DNA from: a virus
Lineage: Duplodnaviria > Caudoviricetes
Direction: 5' to 3' (one strand)
DNA length: 41,757 bases
IMG/VR virus record: IMGVR_UViG_3300020148_000042
Coordinates: 1 to 41,757 of that record
The translations under genes were made by a program, and so were the position numbers. Under the pieces are notes generated by a model. That model did not search any database. It worked only from the letters and a program-made list of their open reading frames with translations, and had not been told where the DNA came from. Positions 15,141-24,101 of this stretch are shown here, in pieces (positions within the stretch are counted from its first letter, which is position 1; every line of letters begins with the position of its first letter).

Positions 15141-16007
15141 ATGACCACCGTCGCAGCGGGCACCCCGCAGACCATTTCCCTGCCTGCCTATCATCTGCTC
15201 ACCGTCACTGCCGATGCGCTTTCCAGCGGCCGCGTGTGGCCCTTTGCGGAGCGGCTTGGCGATACGCCCGGCGTGACCTCGGTCACCGGGGGCGGGGAGG
15301 ACGTGTTCATCGGCCCGTATGCCGTCGAGAAGCGCTACCAGGTCGAGGCGCTGACGGGTTCGCTCGACTACACCATTGCGCCCGCCGAACTGCCCTCGCT
15401 GGCACAGATGATGGACTTCTGGATCAACCAGTCGCCGCTCTACGTGATCCCGGTGCGCGGGGCTGTGGATTCCGAGAACCTGATCTTCGAATATCGCGGC
15501 GATGGTGCTCCGGAAGCATCGGCCCGGGCATCGGTGACCATCGATCCCGATGGCGACGACAATGCCCTGATCTTCACCGCCGCCGGTTTCGGGCCGGGCG
15601 GCAATAACATCTCCATCGAGTATGTCGACCCCGATGCCGAAGACTCCCCCCTCAGTGTCACCGGCACATACGACAGCGAGAATGACAGTTTCGCCATTGT
15701 CGTGTCACTCGAAACCGACGGAGACGGACTGATCGTCTCCACCGCCGCCGATGTGCTGGCCGCCGTCGAGGCCGAATTTGACGGCTGGGTGACGGTTGAG
15801 ATCGACGACAGCGACGGTGGCTCTGAGGATGACGGCTCCGGCGTCGTCACGGCTATGGCCGCGGTCAACCTCGAAGGCGGGGCAGGCGTTGGGTGTGGTG
15901 AGGCGGGAAAGGGCTCGCGCTACACCGACTATGACACCCCGGCCCTCTACATCAACACCGGCGACGCAGCGGAGCCCGTGTGGGCTGCTCTGGCGTTCGC
16001 GGACTAG
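15141..16007 (+). CDS. Acidic beta-rich virion (decoration/head fibre-like) protein
   Basis: GGAG RBS; located in the head module; very rich in Asp, Gly and Ala. Confidence 0.7.
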   Translation: MTTVAAGTPQTISLPAYHLLTVTADALSSGRVWPFAERLGDTPGVTSVTGGGEDVFIGPYAVEKRYQVEALTGSLDYTIAPAELPSLAQMMDFWINQSPLYVIPVRGAVDSENLIFEYRGDGAPEASARASVTIDPDGDDNALIFTAAGFGPGGNNISIEYVDPDAEDSPLSVTGTYDSENDSFAIVVSLETDGDGLIVSTAADVLAAVEAEFDGWVTVEIDDSDGGSEDDGSGVVTAMAAVNLEGGAGVGCGEAGKGSRYTDYDTPALYINTGDAAEPVWAALAFAD

Positions 16008-16018
16008 GAGCGCCGATC

Positions 16019-16312
16019 ATGGCTGATGTAAATTTCCACTCGCATGTCGCTGGCGTCACCGAGAAGTTCGTTGACCAGGGCGATGGCACCCATGCGCGCG
16101 GTGTGGCGATCGTCGGGCTCGAGGGGGACGTTACCATCGAGGGTGATGCCGTCGTCGACACGAGCGCGCTGGAGGCCCTTTTCGGGCCGCTGGACGCAAC
16201 TGCCGAGACGGACCCGGACGCGGCCTCAGCGACCGTTACGGCGTTTCTGCGGGGCATCCTGACCGAATTGAAGGCGCAGACCGTGCTGCTGACGACGATA
16301 GCGGGCGAATGA
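16019..16312 (+). CDS. Hypothetical virion protein
   Basis: AGGAG RBS, ATG 16019. Confidence 0.65.
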   Translation: MADVNFHSHVAGVTEKFVDQGDGTHARGVAIVGLEGDVTIEGDAVVDTSALEALFGPLDATAETDPDAASATVTAFLRGILTELKAQTVLLTTIAGE

Positions 16313-16512
16313 CCGAGATTACCGCCGTCAACCGAACGGACAGACTGGCCCTCACTGACGGTGGTGAGGTTTGCCCGATTGTCACTTTCCTCGACGAGGA
16401 CGGCGACGAGGTTGACAATCCTGAGCTTGCGGTTGTCGCCATCGGCCAATTGCCGGACAAACGCTGGTTTTCGGTTGACATGCGGGCCTACGAGACAGTG
16501 AGGGCACACTGA
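16309..16512 (+). CDS. Hypothetical protein
   Basis: Translationally coupled at both ends. Confidence 0.65.
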   Translation: MTEITAVNRTDRLALTDGGEVCPIVTFLDEDGDEVDNPELAVVAIGQLPDKRWFSVDMRAYETVRAH

Positions 16513-17054
16513 TGGCGCTTGAAGTCGAGGACGGCACGGGCAAGGCAACCGCCGAGTCCTATGCATCCATTGCCACCATCGCAGCATACGCCACGGCACG
16601 CGGGCTGACCTTTGCCATCACGGGTGGCACGAACGCCACGGATGCCGAAGCCGCGGCACGTCGGGCCACGACGTGGCTGGATGCGACCTATCAGGGCAGG
16701 TTTCCCGGCCGCAAGGCAAACGGGCGCGCTCAGGCTTTGCAGTGGCCGCGCACCGATGCCAGCGACGCCGAGGGCGAGGCTATCGGCAGTGATGAAATCC
16801 CGCAGGAGATCATCAATGCCCTTTGCGAAGCTGCTATCCGTGAGAAGGCTGCGCCGGGCGCGCTCTCTCCCGACGTGACACCGGGCAAGATCAAGAAGCG
16901 GGTCAAGGTCGAAGGCGCCGTGGAAGTTGAGTATGCCGTTGGCAGTGCAGCGGTTGCCGGCCAGCGGCCCGTCGCATCCGTGGTGGACGATATCCTGGGA
17001 TCGCTGCTCGGGGCTCGCCAGAGCGGCTATAGCGGTCGTGCGGTGCGCGCCTGA
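16512..17054 (+). CDS. Head-tail adaptor (often annotated DnaT-like)
   Basis: MALEVEDGTG...AESYAS...QALQWPR...VKVEGAVEVEY. Confidence 0.85.
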   Translation: MALEVEDGTGKATAESYASIATIAAYATARGLTFAITGGTNATDAEAAARRATTWLDATYQGRFPGRKANGRAQALQWPRTDASDAEGEAIGSDEIPQEIINALCEAAIREKAAPGALSPDVTPGKIKKRVKVEGAVEVEYAVGSAAVAGQRPVASVVDDILGSLLGARQSGYSGRAVRA

Positions 17055-17416
17055 TGGGCTTCTATGACGACATGGCGGCCGTCGCCTCGTCGGTGCTGGC
17101 CGAGTTCAAGCAGGGCACCGTCACCCTGACACGCACCACGCCTGGGACGCCCAATCCGTCCACCCCGTGGATACCGGGAACGCCCACGACTGCGACCTAC
17201 ACGCTGGATGCGACCGTTGCTGCTATCGGCGATGCCTGGGTAGACGGCACAACCATCCTAAAAACCGACAGGATGGTCACCGCCGCCGTATTCGCGATCG
17301 AGCCGTTACCGGGCGATACCCTGTCGATCGACGGCACCGCCGTCCAGATCATCAAGAAAATGCGCATCCCAGCCGCTGGCGTGGCGGTAGCGCACAAGTG
17401 GATCGTGAGGGGCTGA
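17054..17416 (+). CDS. Head closure/head-tail joining protein
   Basis: MGFYDDMAAVASSVLAEF...VDGTTILKTD; synteny. Confidence 0.8.
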   Translation: MGFYDDMAAVASSVLAEFKQGTVTLTRTTPGTPNPSTPWIPGTPTTATYTLDATVAAIGDAWVDGTTILKTDRMVTAAVFAIEPLPGDTLSIDGTAVQIIKKMRIPAAGVAVAHKWIVRG

Positions 17417-17418
17417 CC

Positions 17419-18471
17419 ATGGCGCGCAAGCCCTCTAACCGCGTCCGCATCGAGCAACTGACGAAGGAGTTCGAGCCGAAGCTGAAGCTCGCCTTCCTTG
17501 AGGCGATCGCCGACATCACGGCCCGCGCGGAACTGAAGCGGATCGTGGAGCGGCTCGAGCAGGGGGACGTCCCCGGCGCCATCGATGCAGTGCATCTAGA
17601 CCCGGCGGCGTTTCGCGCCCTTGATGGTGCCATAGCCTCGGCTTTCGATGCCGGCGGCAAGTCGACGATCGACAACCTGCCTCGCCTGCGCGATCCCCGC
17701 GGCGGCGAGTTCGTTGTGCGATGGGATGCTCGCAATATCCGAGCCGAGATCTGGCTGCGTAACCACTCGTCGAACCTGATCACCCGCATCACCGAGGATC
17801 AGCGGACGGCCATTCGGACCATCCTCGAACAGGGCATGATTGACGGCCGCAACCCCCGCTCGACCGCGCTCGACATCATCGGGCGGGTTAACCGGGTGAC
17901 GGGCCGCCGAGAGGGCGGGATCATCGGTCTTAGCGGCCCGCAGACGCAGGCCGTTCAGAAGGCGCTGGAGGAACTCCGCTCCGACGATCCCAGCATCATG
18001 GCGCGCTACCTGTCGCGCAAGCGCCGGGACAAGAGATTTGACGCTGCGGTGCGCAAGGCAATGGACGCTGGGCGCCCCGTTGATGCGGAGACTGCCTCGA
18101 AGATCATCGGCCGCTATCGCGCCCGCCTGCTCGACCTCCGCGGCGAAACTATCGCTCGCACCGAAACCATGGCGGCGCTGAACCAGTCGGGCGTTGAGGC
18201 AATGCGCCAGGCCGTCGATAGCGGAGCGGTGCGGGCGGATGCAGTGACGAAGACGTGGCATACGGCGCGCGATCCTCGGGTCCGGGACAGCCACGCAGCG
18301 CAGGACCGGCAGTCAGTGGGCTTGAGCGAGCTTTTCAGCAATGGGCTCGCCTATCCGGGCGATCCCGCTGGTGGCGCCGCGGAGACGGCCAACTGCCGAT
18401 GCTGGATGGAGACCCGCATCGACTTCACGGCCGGGCTGATCGAGGAAGAGCTAGCGCTTGCGAGGCTGTGA
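17419..18471 (+). CDS. Head morphogenesis protein (Mu F/SPP1 gp7-like)
   Basis: ETIARTET...KTWHTARDPRVRDSH...LAYPGDP...ANCRC. Confidence 0.9.
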   Translation: MARKPSNRVRIEQLTKEFEPKLKLAFLEAIADITARAELKRIVERLEQGDVPGAIDAVHLDPAAFRALDGAIASAFDAGGKSTIDNLPRLRDPRGGEFVVRWDARNIRAEIWLRNHSSNLITRITEDQRTAIRTILEQGMIDGRNPRSTALDIIGRVNRVTGRREGGIIGLSGPQTQAVQKALEELRSDDPSIMARYLSRKRRDKRFDAAVRKAMDAGRPVDAETASKIIGRYRARLLDLRGETIARTETMAALNQSGVEAMRQAVDSGAVRADAVTKTWHTARDPRVRDSHAAQDRQSVGLSELFSNGLAYPGDPAGGAAETANCRCWMETRIDFTAGLIEEELALARL

Positions 18472-18950
18472 TGGCGCAGGAATCCTTTTCGGCCTCGGTC
18501 AACAAATGGGTGGCAAAATCAGAGCGCCGTATCGAAACAGTGTTCAAGGAAGCTGCCCAGGACGTGATCTCCGAAATGCAGGAAGTCGGGCCGAGCGTTG
18601 CGAACCCTGATAGCCACGGCACCGGTCACATGCCCGTCGATACGGGGTTTCTCAGGGCTAGCTTGCAGGCTTCGTTGAACTCGCCCGCGCCCGCGATGAC
18701 GTTTCGGCCGCCGGATGCCAAGTCAGTGAAATACGATCCGTCGCCGGTGGCCTTGGTGATTGCCGGAGCGCAACTGGGGCAGACGATCTACGCGACCTAT
18801 GCGGCGGCCTACGCGCCAAGAATGGAAGCTCGCTATGGCTTCGTTCGGCTGGCGGCGCAGAACTGGCAGAGCATTGTTGATCGTCGAGCCCGGATCGTGA
18901 AACGGCGGGTGGATGCCGCTATTTCCGCGGCGCGGGCGGCTCGCCAGTAG
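18471..18950 (+). CDS. Tail completion protein (HK97 gp10-like)
   Basis: MPVDTGFLRAS...YAPRME...GFVRLAAQNW. Confidence 0.85.
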   Translation: MAQESFSASVNKWVAKSERRIETVFKEAAQDVISEMQEVGPSVANPDSHGTGHMPVDTGFLRASLQASLNSPAPAMTFRPPDAKSVKYDPSPVALVIAGAQLGQTIYATYAAAYAPRMEARYGFVRLAAQNWQSIVDRRARIVKRRVDAAISAARAARQ

Positions 18951-19116
18951 TCTCTTGGCTCAGCAGGGCGAGTTTGAATGCCAACAGCACCTGTCGGGCG
19001 CCCCTGAGGGCGTTGTCGGCCAATGGAGTGTCACCCGGGGCGTCGCCCAAGGCATCGAGCGCGACGCCGAGGCGGCGTTCCGCGGCTTCGTTAGTGATGG
19101 GTTTCTCATCGGACAT
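18919..19116 (-). CDS. Small antisense moron between tail genes
   Basis: 65-aa helical ORF filling a ~180-bp gap in the otherwise coupled late operon. Confidence 0.5.
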   Translation of the reverse strand: MSDEKPITNEAAERRLGVALDALGDAPGDTPLADNALRGARQVLLAFKLALLSQETTGEPPAPRK

Positions 19117-19132
19117 TGCGAGGTTTTAGACC

Positions 19133-19558
19133 ATGCCGAGTATCGAGACCAGCATCTGGTTGGCGTTGCGCGCTCGGGTGGAAAGCCTTGTGCTGTCACC
19201 GGCGTTGCCCGTTCTCTGGCCCGGCGAAGAAGAGGCGCTACCGGCAGGCAACTGCCTTGAGGTCACGCACTTTCCGAACCGCCCCGACCGCCAGATGGTC
19301 GGGTCAGACGCGTCGCAACTGATGCAGGGGTTTATGCAGGTCGCCGTTCTGACTGTCCCCGGCGCGCCTCACCATGAGACAGTTGCCCGAGAAATCGCGG
19401 GCACGGTCGCCGACTACTTCGCCACTGACCTGCGTCTTACTCATGGCGATGTCACGCTCAGGATCACACGTCGGCCGCACGTCAGCCGGGGGCTTCGCGA
19501 TACCGAGCGCGCCCGTTGGCTGACGCCGATCAGCGTCTACTACGAGGCATTCGTCTAG
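19133..19558 (+). CDS. Tail terminator protein
   Basis: Size, position before the tail tube gene, motifs QGFMQVAV and TPISVYYEAF. Confidence 0.82.
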   Translation: MPSIETSIWLALRARVESLVLSPALPVLWPGEEEALPAGNCLEVTHFPNRPDRQMVGSDASQLMQGFMQVAVLTVPGAPHHETVAREIAGTVADYFATDLRLTHGDVTLRITRRPHVSRGLRDTERARWLTPISVYYEAFV

Positions 19559-19586
19559 CCCCTATTCCCGACCAGATCGGGCCAGC

Positions 19587-19610
19587 ACCCCGCCATAGCG
19601 CGGGGTTTTT
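19587..19610 (+). terminator. Intrinsic terminator before the tail tube gene
   Basis: CCCCGC-CATAGC-GCGGGG-TTTTT. Confidence 0.7.
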
Positions 19611-19634
19611 CCATGCCATCAAGGAGAACCCCAT

Positions 19635-20399
19635 ATGGCGATCCACAAGAACGCAGGGTCGAAGCTGTTCATCTCGGCAACGGCCCTCAATCCCGATGTC
19701 GTCAATGCGATGGCCGATGGCGCTGCCATCGAATTCTTCGAAGCGATCGACGACTGGGTCGAGGTCGAAGAGGTCGAGGACTTCGGCGAGATCGGCGATA
19801 GCTCCGAGGCGATCACCTTCACGGCGGTCGGCAACCGGCGTGTTCGCAAGCTCAAGGGCCCGCGCGATGCCGGGACACAGACGGTCGTGGTCGGTCGCGA
19901 TCCGCTGGATGACGGTCAGGAAGCCCTGATCGCAGCCGAGGCGGTCGATTTCAACTATCCGCTCAAGATCGAATTGGCCGATGCGCGCGGCCCGACCTAC
20001 AGCAATTCGGTCCTCTACTACGGCGGCCTTGTGATGACGAAGCCGACCAACCTCGGCAATGTCTCGAACGTCGTGCGGCGCAATTTCCAGGTCGGCATCA
20101 ACACAGCGGTCTATGAGGTAGCCAGTGGCGCTGTCTCCGTTCCAGCCAATGTCGTGCCGCCGTCCATCGTGTTCCTCGGCGACGATACCTACCGCGCCAA
20201 TCTCGGTACGTGGACCAACTCGCCTACGTCCTACACCATTCTTTGGGAAGAGGATGACACGGGCTGGGCGGCGATCCCGAACAGCAATGTGCAGGAGCTC
20301 GAGTACGACGGTGGCAACGACATTCGCGTCACGGTCACCCCGACCAACAGCGCCGGCGCAGGTGCGTCCTCCACTTCGCTTGCCGTGACCACCGCGTAG
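19635..20399 (+). CDS. Major tail tube protein with a C-terminal Ig-like domain
   Basis: EDFGEIGDSSEAITF...RVRKLKGPRDAG...DDGQEAL; C-terminal GTWTNSPTSYTILW...IRVTVTPTNSAG. Confidence 0.9.
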   Translation: MAIHKNAGSKLFISATALNPDVVNAMADGAAIEFFEAIDDWVEVEEVEDFGEIGDSSEAITFTAVGNRRVRKLKGPRDAGTQTVVVGRDPLDDGQEALIAAEAVDFNYPLKIELADARGPTYSNSVLYYGGLVMTKPTNLGNVSNVVRRNFQVGINTAVYEVASGAVSVPANVVPPSIVFLGDDTYRANLGTWTNSPTSYTILWEEDDTGWAAIPNSNVQELEYDGGNDIRVTVTPTNSAGAGASSTSLAVTTA

Positions 20400-20481
20400 C
20401 CAATTCTGCGCAGAACGGGCGTCGCTGTCGTCGGGGCAGCGGCGCCCAACCCCGACACCCGGCATCCGACAGAGGTAAATA

Positions 20482-20934
20482 ATGATGACGAAGGAAGCGG
20501 CTGCGGCCGATTTCGATATCGACGCACTCGATGCGGTCGATACCGCGGACATGGTCGTGCAAGCCAACGGTCGGAGCACGACGTGGGTATGGACGTTCGC
20601 GGGGCCGGGGCACCCGCAATCCATCGCCCTGTCCAACAAGGTCAGCCGGGAGCGCCTGCGCAAGCAGGCCGCACAGGAGGCGGCCCAGGTCAATGGGCGG
20701 AAGTGGAAGGCAGAGGAAGAGTCCCCCGAAGCTCTGGCACGGCAGAATGCCGAGTATATCGCCGATCGACTGCTGGGCTGGTCGCCGGTGAAGATGGCCG
20801 GCGCGGACTATCCGTTCACTCGCGAGAACGCTGTCGCCCTGCTGATCGACCCCAAGAAGGGGGCGCTCGCGATACAGGCGCTCGAGTTCCTGGCGGATAG
20901 CGCGTCTTTCTCGCAGGGCTCGGCGACAAACTAA
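20482..20934 (+). CDS. Tail assembly chaperone (gpG-like)
   Basis: Follows the tail tube gene; TFAGPGHP...LLGWSPV...FTRENAVALL. Confidence 0.85.
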   Translation: MMTKEAAAADFDIDALDAVDTADMVVQANGRSTTWVWTFAGPGHPQSIALSNKVSRERLRKQAAQEAAQVNGRKWKAEEESPEALARQNAEYIADRLLGWSPVKMAGADYPFTRENAVALLIDPKKGALAIQALEFLADSASFSQGSATN

Positions 20935-21347
20935 GACGGCACGCCGAGCGCGCATTCTTCCTCGGGCAGGATCAAGAGGGCCGCAGCCGTCGCGACAGAC
21001 TGGAATCCCGTCTCGATCGTGCCATCCGAAAGGGCAGGGCGGACGTTGTGTCCGAATTGGAAGCCGAGCTGGCCATGCCGCCGTTTCCCGCTGAGATCGG
21101 CTACGTCTGGCAGGCGTGGTCGCGGATCAGGCAGCGCAAGGGTGCCGGCTACTCGGGGCCAGTTCCCATCGAGTGGACGGACATTGATGCGTTCCTGCGA
21201 CGGTCCGGTGTCGTGCTCGCGCCATACGAGATCGAGTTCATCGAGATGATCGATGACGAGTTCCTCAAGGCATATGCGGCCGAGCCGTCGCCGGCCGAGA
21301 AGGCTGCTGCCATCAAGGACGGGTTGGGGCAGGTGGCGAAGCGGTAG
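20901..21347 (+). CDS. Tail assembly chaperone extension (gpT-like), probably reached by a -1 frameshift
   Basis: -1 frame open from 20901 to 21347; PIEWTDIDAF...PYEIEFIEMIDDEFL motif; no good RBS of its own. Confidence 0.72.
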   Translation, partial: RVFLAGLGDKLRRHAERAFFLGQDQEGRSRRDRLESRLDRAIRKGRADVVSELEAELAMPPFPAEIGYVWQAWSRIRQRKGAGYSGPVPIEWTDIDAFLRRSGVVLAPYEIEFIEMIDDEFLKAYAAEPSPAEKAAAIKDGLGQVAKR

Positions 21348-21371
21348 CGTCCAGCGGGGTGCTGCGGCGGG

Positions 21372-21599
21372 CTACTTCCTCATCAGCTTGGGAAAGCTGA
21401 GCGGGTCAAAGGCCTGCTTCCCGTCTTTCTCTGACGCCGCCGGGTTTCCGAACTGCTTGGCGCCCGGCACCTCGTCATCATGAGTAATAGCGACACGTAC
21501 TGATCGACGCTCGCGCCGATGTTCTGCCGCCTTGAACGGCTTGTCCGTCTTGGCGGTGGTCATGCCGATGATCGGGGTATGGCGGCGGGAACGGGACAT
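21372..21599 (-). CDS. Small basic hypothetical protein
   Basis: MSRSRRHTPIIGMTTAKTDKPFKAAEHRRERR...KDGK...PKLMRK; last gene of the leftward TA operon. Confidence 0.75.
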   Translation of the reverse strand: MSRSRRHTPIIGMTTAKTDKPFKAAEHRRERRSVRVAITHDDEVPGAKQFGNPAASEKDGKQAFDPLSFPKLMRK

Positions 21600-22043
21600 T
21601 TACGGTTTCGCCTTCTTCGGGCCATCGAGCGCCAGCCGGTGGCGTGACCTCTGGATGCTCTCGTAGAGTTCCGGCAAAGCCTCCTTGAAGGGCCGGCCCT
21701 GCGCCAGCTCATCGGCCGTGAGCGGGCGCTCGATCTCAGGGTCAGGGCCGATCAGCTCGCCGGTTGCATCATCTACCCACCATCCGTCATCGTCCTGGTG
21801 GACGCCACCGGCAGCGATGAGCGCCTGCATGTCGCGGTCGTAAGCCTCCCACCGGCGCATCATCTCGGCATCGCCTGCATCGGTGTCAGGAAGATCCTTT
21901 GTCACAAAACTAGGCCACTTGCTGGTCATCTGCGGCTCGCCTTCCTTGGCCCAAGCAACTTTGCCACGCTCGCTGTCCCCTTGGGCAAAGGCGATAGCGT
22001 CTTCTAGACCGGCCTTGATTTTGTCGAATGCGCTCCTGGCCAT
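21600..22043 (-). CDS. Antitoxin-derived mosaic protein, possibly truncated
   Basis: N-terminus SAFDKIKAGLEDAIAFAQG resembles HigA-type leaders; PLTADELAQGRPFKEALPEL resembles BrnA-type N-termini, but no RHH follows. Confidence 0.55.
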   Translation of the reverse strand: MARSAFDKIKAGLEDAIAFAQGDSERGKVAWAKEGEPQMTSKWPSFVTKDLPDTDAGDAEMMRRWEAYDRDMQALIAAGGVHQDDDGWWVDDATGELIGPDPEIERPLTADELAQGRPFKEALPELYESIQRSRHRLALDGPKKAKP

Positions 22044-22045
22044 CC

Positions 22046-22354
22046 TTACTCAGCGCGAGCGACGCGCTCCACAGCTTCGGGGTCTTGTTCGATCATCTTG
22101 AGCAGAAGTCGTCCGGCAGGATCGGGCCGGCGCCGGCCCTGCTCCCAATTGTTGATCGTCGATGCAGGGATGCCGAACTTCGTCTCAAACTGCCGAGCTG
22201 AGCGGGCAACCTTCCTGCGGATGGCGCGGATGCGCTCAACCGGCATGGGGTCGATGTTGACGACCTCAAGGGCGATTTCGCCACGTTTCCAGGCGAGAGC
22301 TTCCTGAAGGCCTTCCATCAGGCCCTCGGCAAATTCGGATCGCTTCTCAGTCAT
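22046..22354 (-). CDS. higA: HigA-like XRE-HTH antitoxin
   Basis: GLMEGLQEALAW...IRAIRRK...FGIPASTINNWEQGRRRPDPAGRLLLKMIEQDPE. Confidence 0.9.
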   Translation of the reverse strand: MTEKRSEFAEGLMEGLQEALAWKRGEIALEVVNIDPMPVERIRAIRRKVARSARQFETKFGIPASTINNWEQGRRRPDPAGRLLLKMIEQDPEAVERVARAE

Positions 22355-22670
22355 TGGTCATCTCCTTGATCAGCGCCAGCGCGGCCTTGCGCTGCTCTGT
22401 CGTCAAATCTTCCTGCTCGTTCTTGGCGTAGGCGAAAACCATCACGGCCATATCGTCCGCCACCACCAGAAAGTAGACAGCTCGTCCGCCACCACGCTTC
22501 CCGCGTCCCCCAAAGCCGAAGCGGATTTTGCGCAGCCCACCTAGGCCAGGGATTACGTCGCCAGAGGTTGGGTCAGTCGCAATCGACTGTTCCAGCTTGG
22601 CAATATCCGAGGCCGACGCCCGTAGCCGTTTGAGATCACGCAGATATCGAGCGGTACGAGCGATTTTCAT
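22347..22670 (-). CDS. higB: RelE/HigB-family toxin (toxin-first type II TA)
   Basis: GDVIPGLGGLRKIRF...GKRGGGRAVYF...YAKNEQEDLT. Confidence 0.92.
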   Translation of the reverse strand: MKIARTARYLRDLKRLRASASDIAKLEQSIATDPTSGDVIPGLGGLRKIRFGFGGRGKRGGGRAVYFLVVADDMAVMVFAYAKNEQEDLTTEQRKAALALIKEMTND

Positions 22671-22676
22671 GCCGCA

Positions 22677-22727
22677 TATATACGCCAACGGCGTAGATCG
22701 TGCAAGAGAAAATGCGCCAATGGCGTA
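22677..22727 (-). promoter_or_regulatory. TA promoter with two palindromic operators
   Basis: TACGCC-AAC-GGCGTA (22681-22695) and TGCGCC-AAT-GGCGTA (22713-22727) flank TTGCAC (-, 22705-22700); TATAT-type -10 near 22677-22682. Confidence 0.75.
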
Positions 22728-22762
22728 GGATTTGCGCTTTCGCGCTCAGCCGGAGTTCGCCT

Positions 22763-22933
22763 TTAGTGAGGCAGATACCCCTTAGCCTTGAGGTAGTCGG
22801 TGAGGATGCGCCGGACAGCCTCAGTGCGCGACGGCTTGTCAGGTTCAGCCTCTCGGTACGCATCGAGAGCATCGAGGGCGTCACGCTGAAGCCGGAAATT
22901 CACCTGCTCAGAATCTACGGCTGGGCGGCCCAT
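22763..22933 (-). CDS. Ribbon-helix-helix repressor (Arc/Mnt/CopG-like)
   Basis: MGRPAVDSEQVNFRLQRDALDALDAYR...PSRTEAVRRIL. Confidence 0.85.
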   Translation of the reverse strand: MGRPAVDSEQVNFRLQRDALDALDAYREAEPDKPSRTEAVRRILTDYLKAKGYLPH

Positions 22934-22938
22934 CTTTT

Positions 22939-22991
22939 TCCTAGGATTAAGTGTTGACATCGCTCCTAACTTTATCCTAGGATTAAGTCAA
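22939..22991. promoter_or_regulatory. Divergent promoters with 14-bp direct-repeat operators
   Basis: TCCTAGGATTAAGT at 22939-22952 and 22975-22988; TTGACA (+, 22954) with TAGGAT (22978); TTGACT (-, 22991-22986). Confidence 0.8.
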
Positions 22992-23052
22992 GCTGATCGA
23001 GCGGTTGCAACGCCCGATCAGCTCTAACCGCAACCGAAGTAGGGCTTCGATC

Positions 23053-23382
23053 ATGGCTACCCACGCCACTACCACAACTCTCAACCGCTCTGAAATCCTT
23101 CGCGCCGCCTGGGCAAGCTACCGGGAGCAGGACAACTTCGTCGCCCGGACCTCGGGCAAGGTCTTTCCCTTCGCCCGTAAGCTGTTCGCGCAGCATCTGA
23201 GCCGTGCCTGGGCCGCGGCAAAGGCCCGCGTTCTTGATCAGGCTCGCCTCGCCGCCGAGGCCGCGCTGCCTCCCAAGGTTCAGGCGATCCGCGCCGAGTT
23301 GGTCGCGATGGAAATGTCCGATGCCCCGGTCAATTGGGCGCGGCACCGTGAACTGAGCATCGAACTGGCGAGGGCAGCGTGA
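23053..23382 (+). CDS. Hypothetical protein, first gene of the antirepressor operon
   Basis: LNRSEILRAAW...FAQHLSRAWAAAK motif of small phage proteins. Confidence 0.75.
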   Translation: MATHATTTTLNRSEILRAAWASYREQDNFVARTSGKVFPFARKLFAQHLSRAWAAAKARVLDQARLAAEAALPPKVQAIRAELVAMEMSDAPVNWARHRELSIELARAA

Positions 23383-23825
23383 TGGACACGATCACTCGCC
23401 GCGCCGCAGTCATAGGCGCGCTCGCATCCTCCGCCGCCGTGGCAATGCCGACCGCCAAGGCCGTGGTTGCCCTCGATGGTGATCCAGACGCCGCGCTGCT
23501 GGACCTGATCGAGCAGTGGCACGAGTGGCGCGACCGCGCGAACAACGATCCCGTCTGCTACGGCGAGATCGAAGACGATCCCAATCTCGCCCACGTATTC
23601 GAGATTGAGGAGGTCATCCGCAAGACGGCGCCCCATACCGCGCAGGGCCTAGCGGCCAAGCTGATCGTAGTTTCGAGCTATGGCTGGGGCGCTCTCGATG
23701 ATGGCGATGAACGACGCATCGTCTACACCGACGTTCTCGACCTCTGCCCCGCCTACATCCGGGACGGCGAGGATGGACGCGCGCTCCGGGTCGAGATCGG
23801 CGCCGCCGCCGGCCTGACCATCTGA
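23379..23825 (+). CDS. Hypothetical protein with a twin-arginine-like N-terminus
   Basis: TITRRAAVIGALASSAAVA...DPDAALLDLI...PHTAQGLAAKL. Confidence 0.7.
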   Translation: MMDTITRRAAVIGALASSAAVAMPTAKAVVALDGDPDAALLDLIEQWHEWRDRANNDPVCYGEIEDDPNLAHVFEIEEVIRKTAPHTAQGLAAKLIVVSSYGWGALDDGDERRIVYTDVLDLCPAYIRDGEDGRALRVEIGAAAGLTI

Positions 23826-24101
23826 CTTCACGAAATTCCCTGCCACCACGGGGATGATGCGACGCGCCAGAGCTTCATTGGGCTCCGGCGGTCGCCCTTA
23901 GCGACCACCTGAACGCATCCAGGTCTGTGGTGGGCCGGATGCCCAATGAGGACTGACAAGCAATTCCGCCTTGCGGCGGAACGCCCGTGTCCGCAAGCAC
24001 GGGTCGAGAGGGGTGGCCGCCGTTCCGTGCAAGGCGGGCAGGCCGCCCCTCTCCCATTGCACCGGCGTCTTGCGGCGCCGATCAACACGGAGGGTCATAA
24101 G

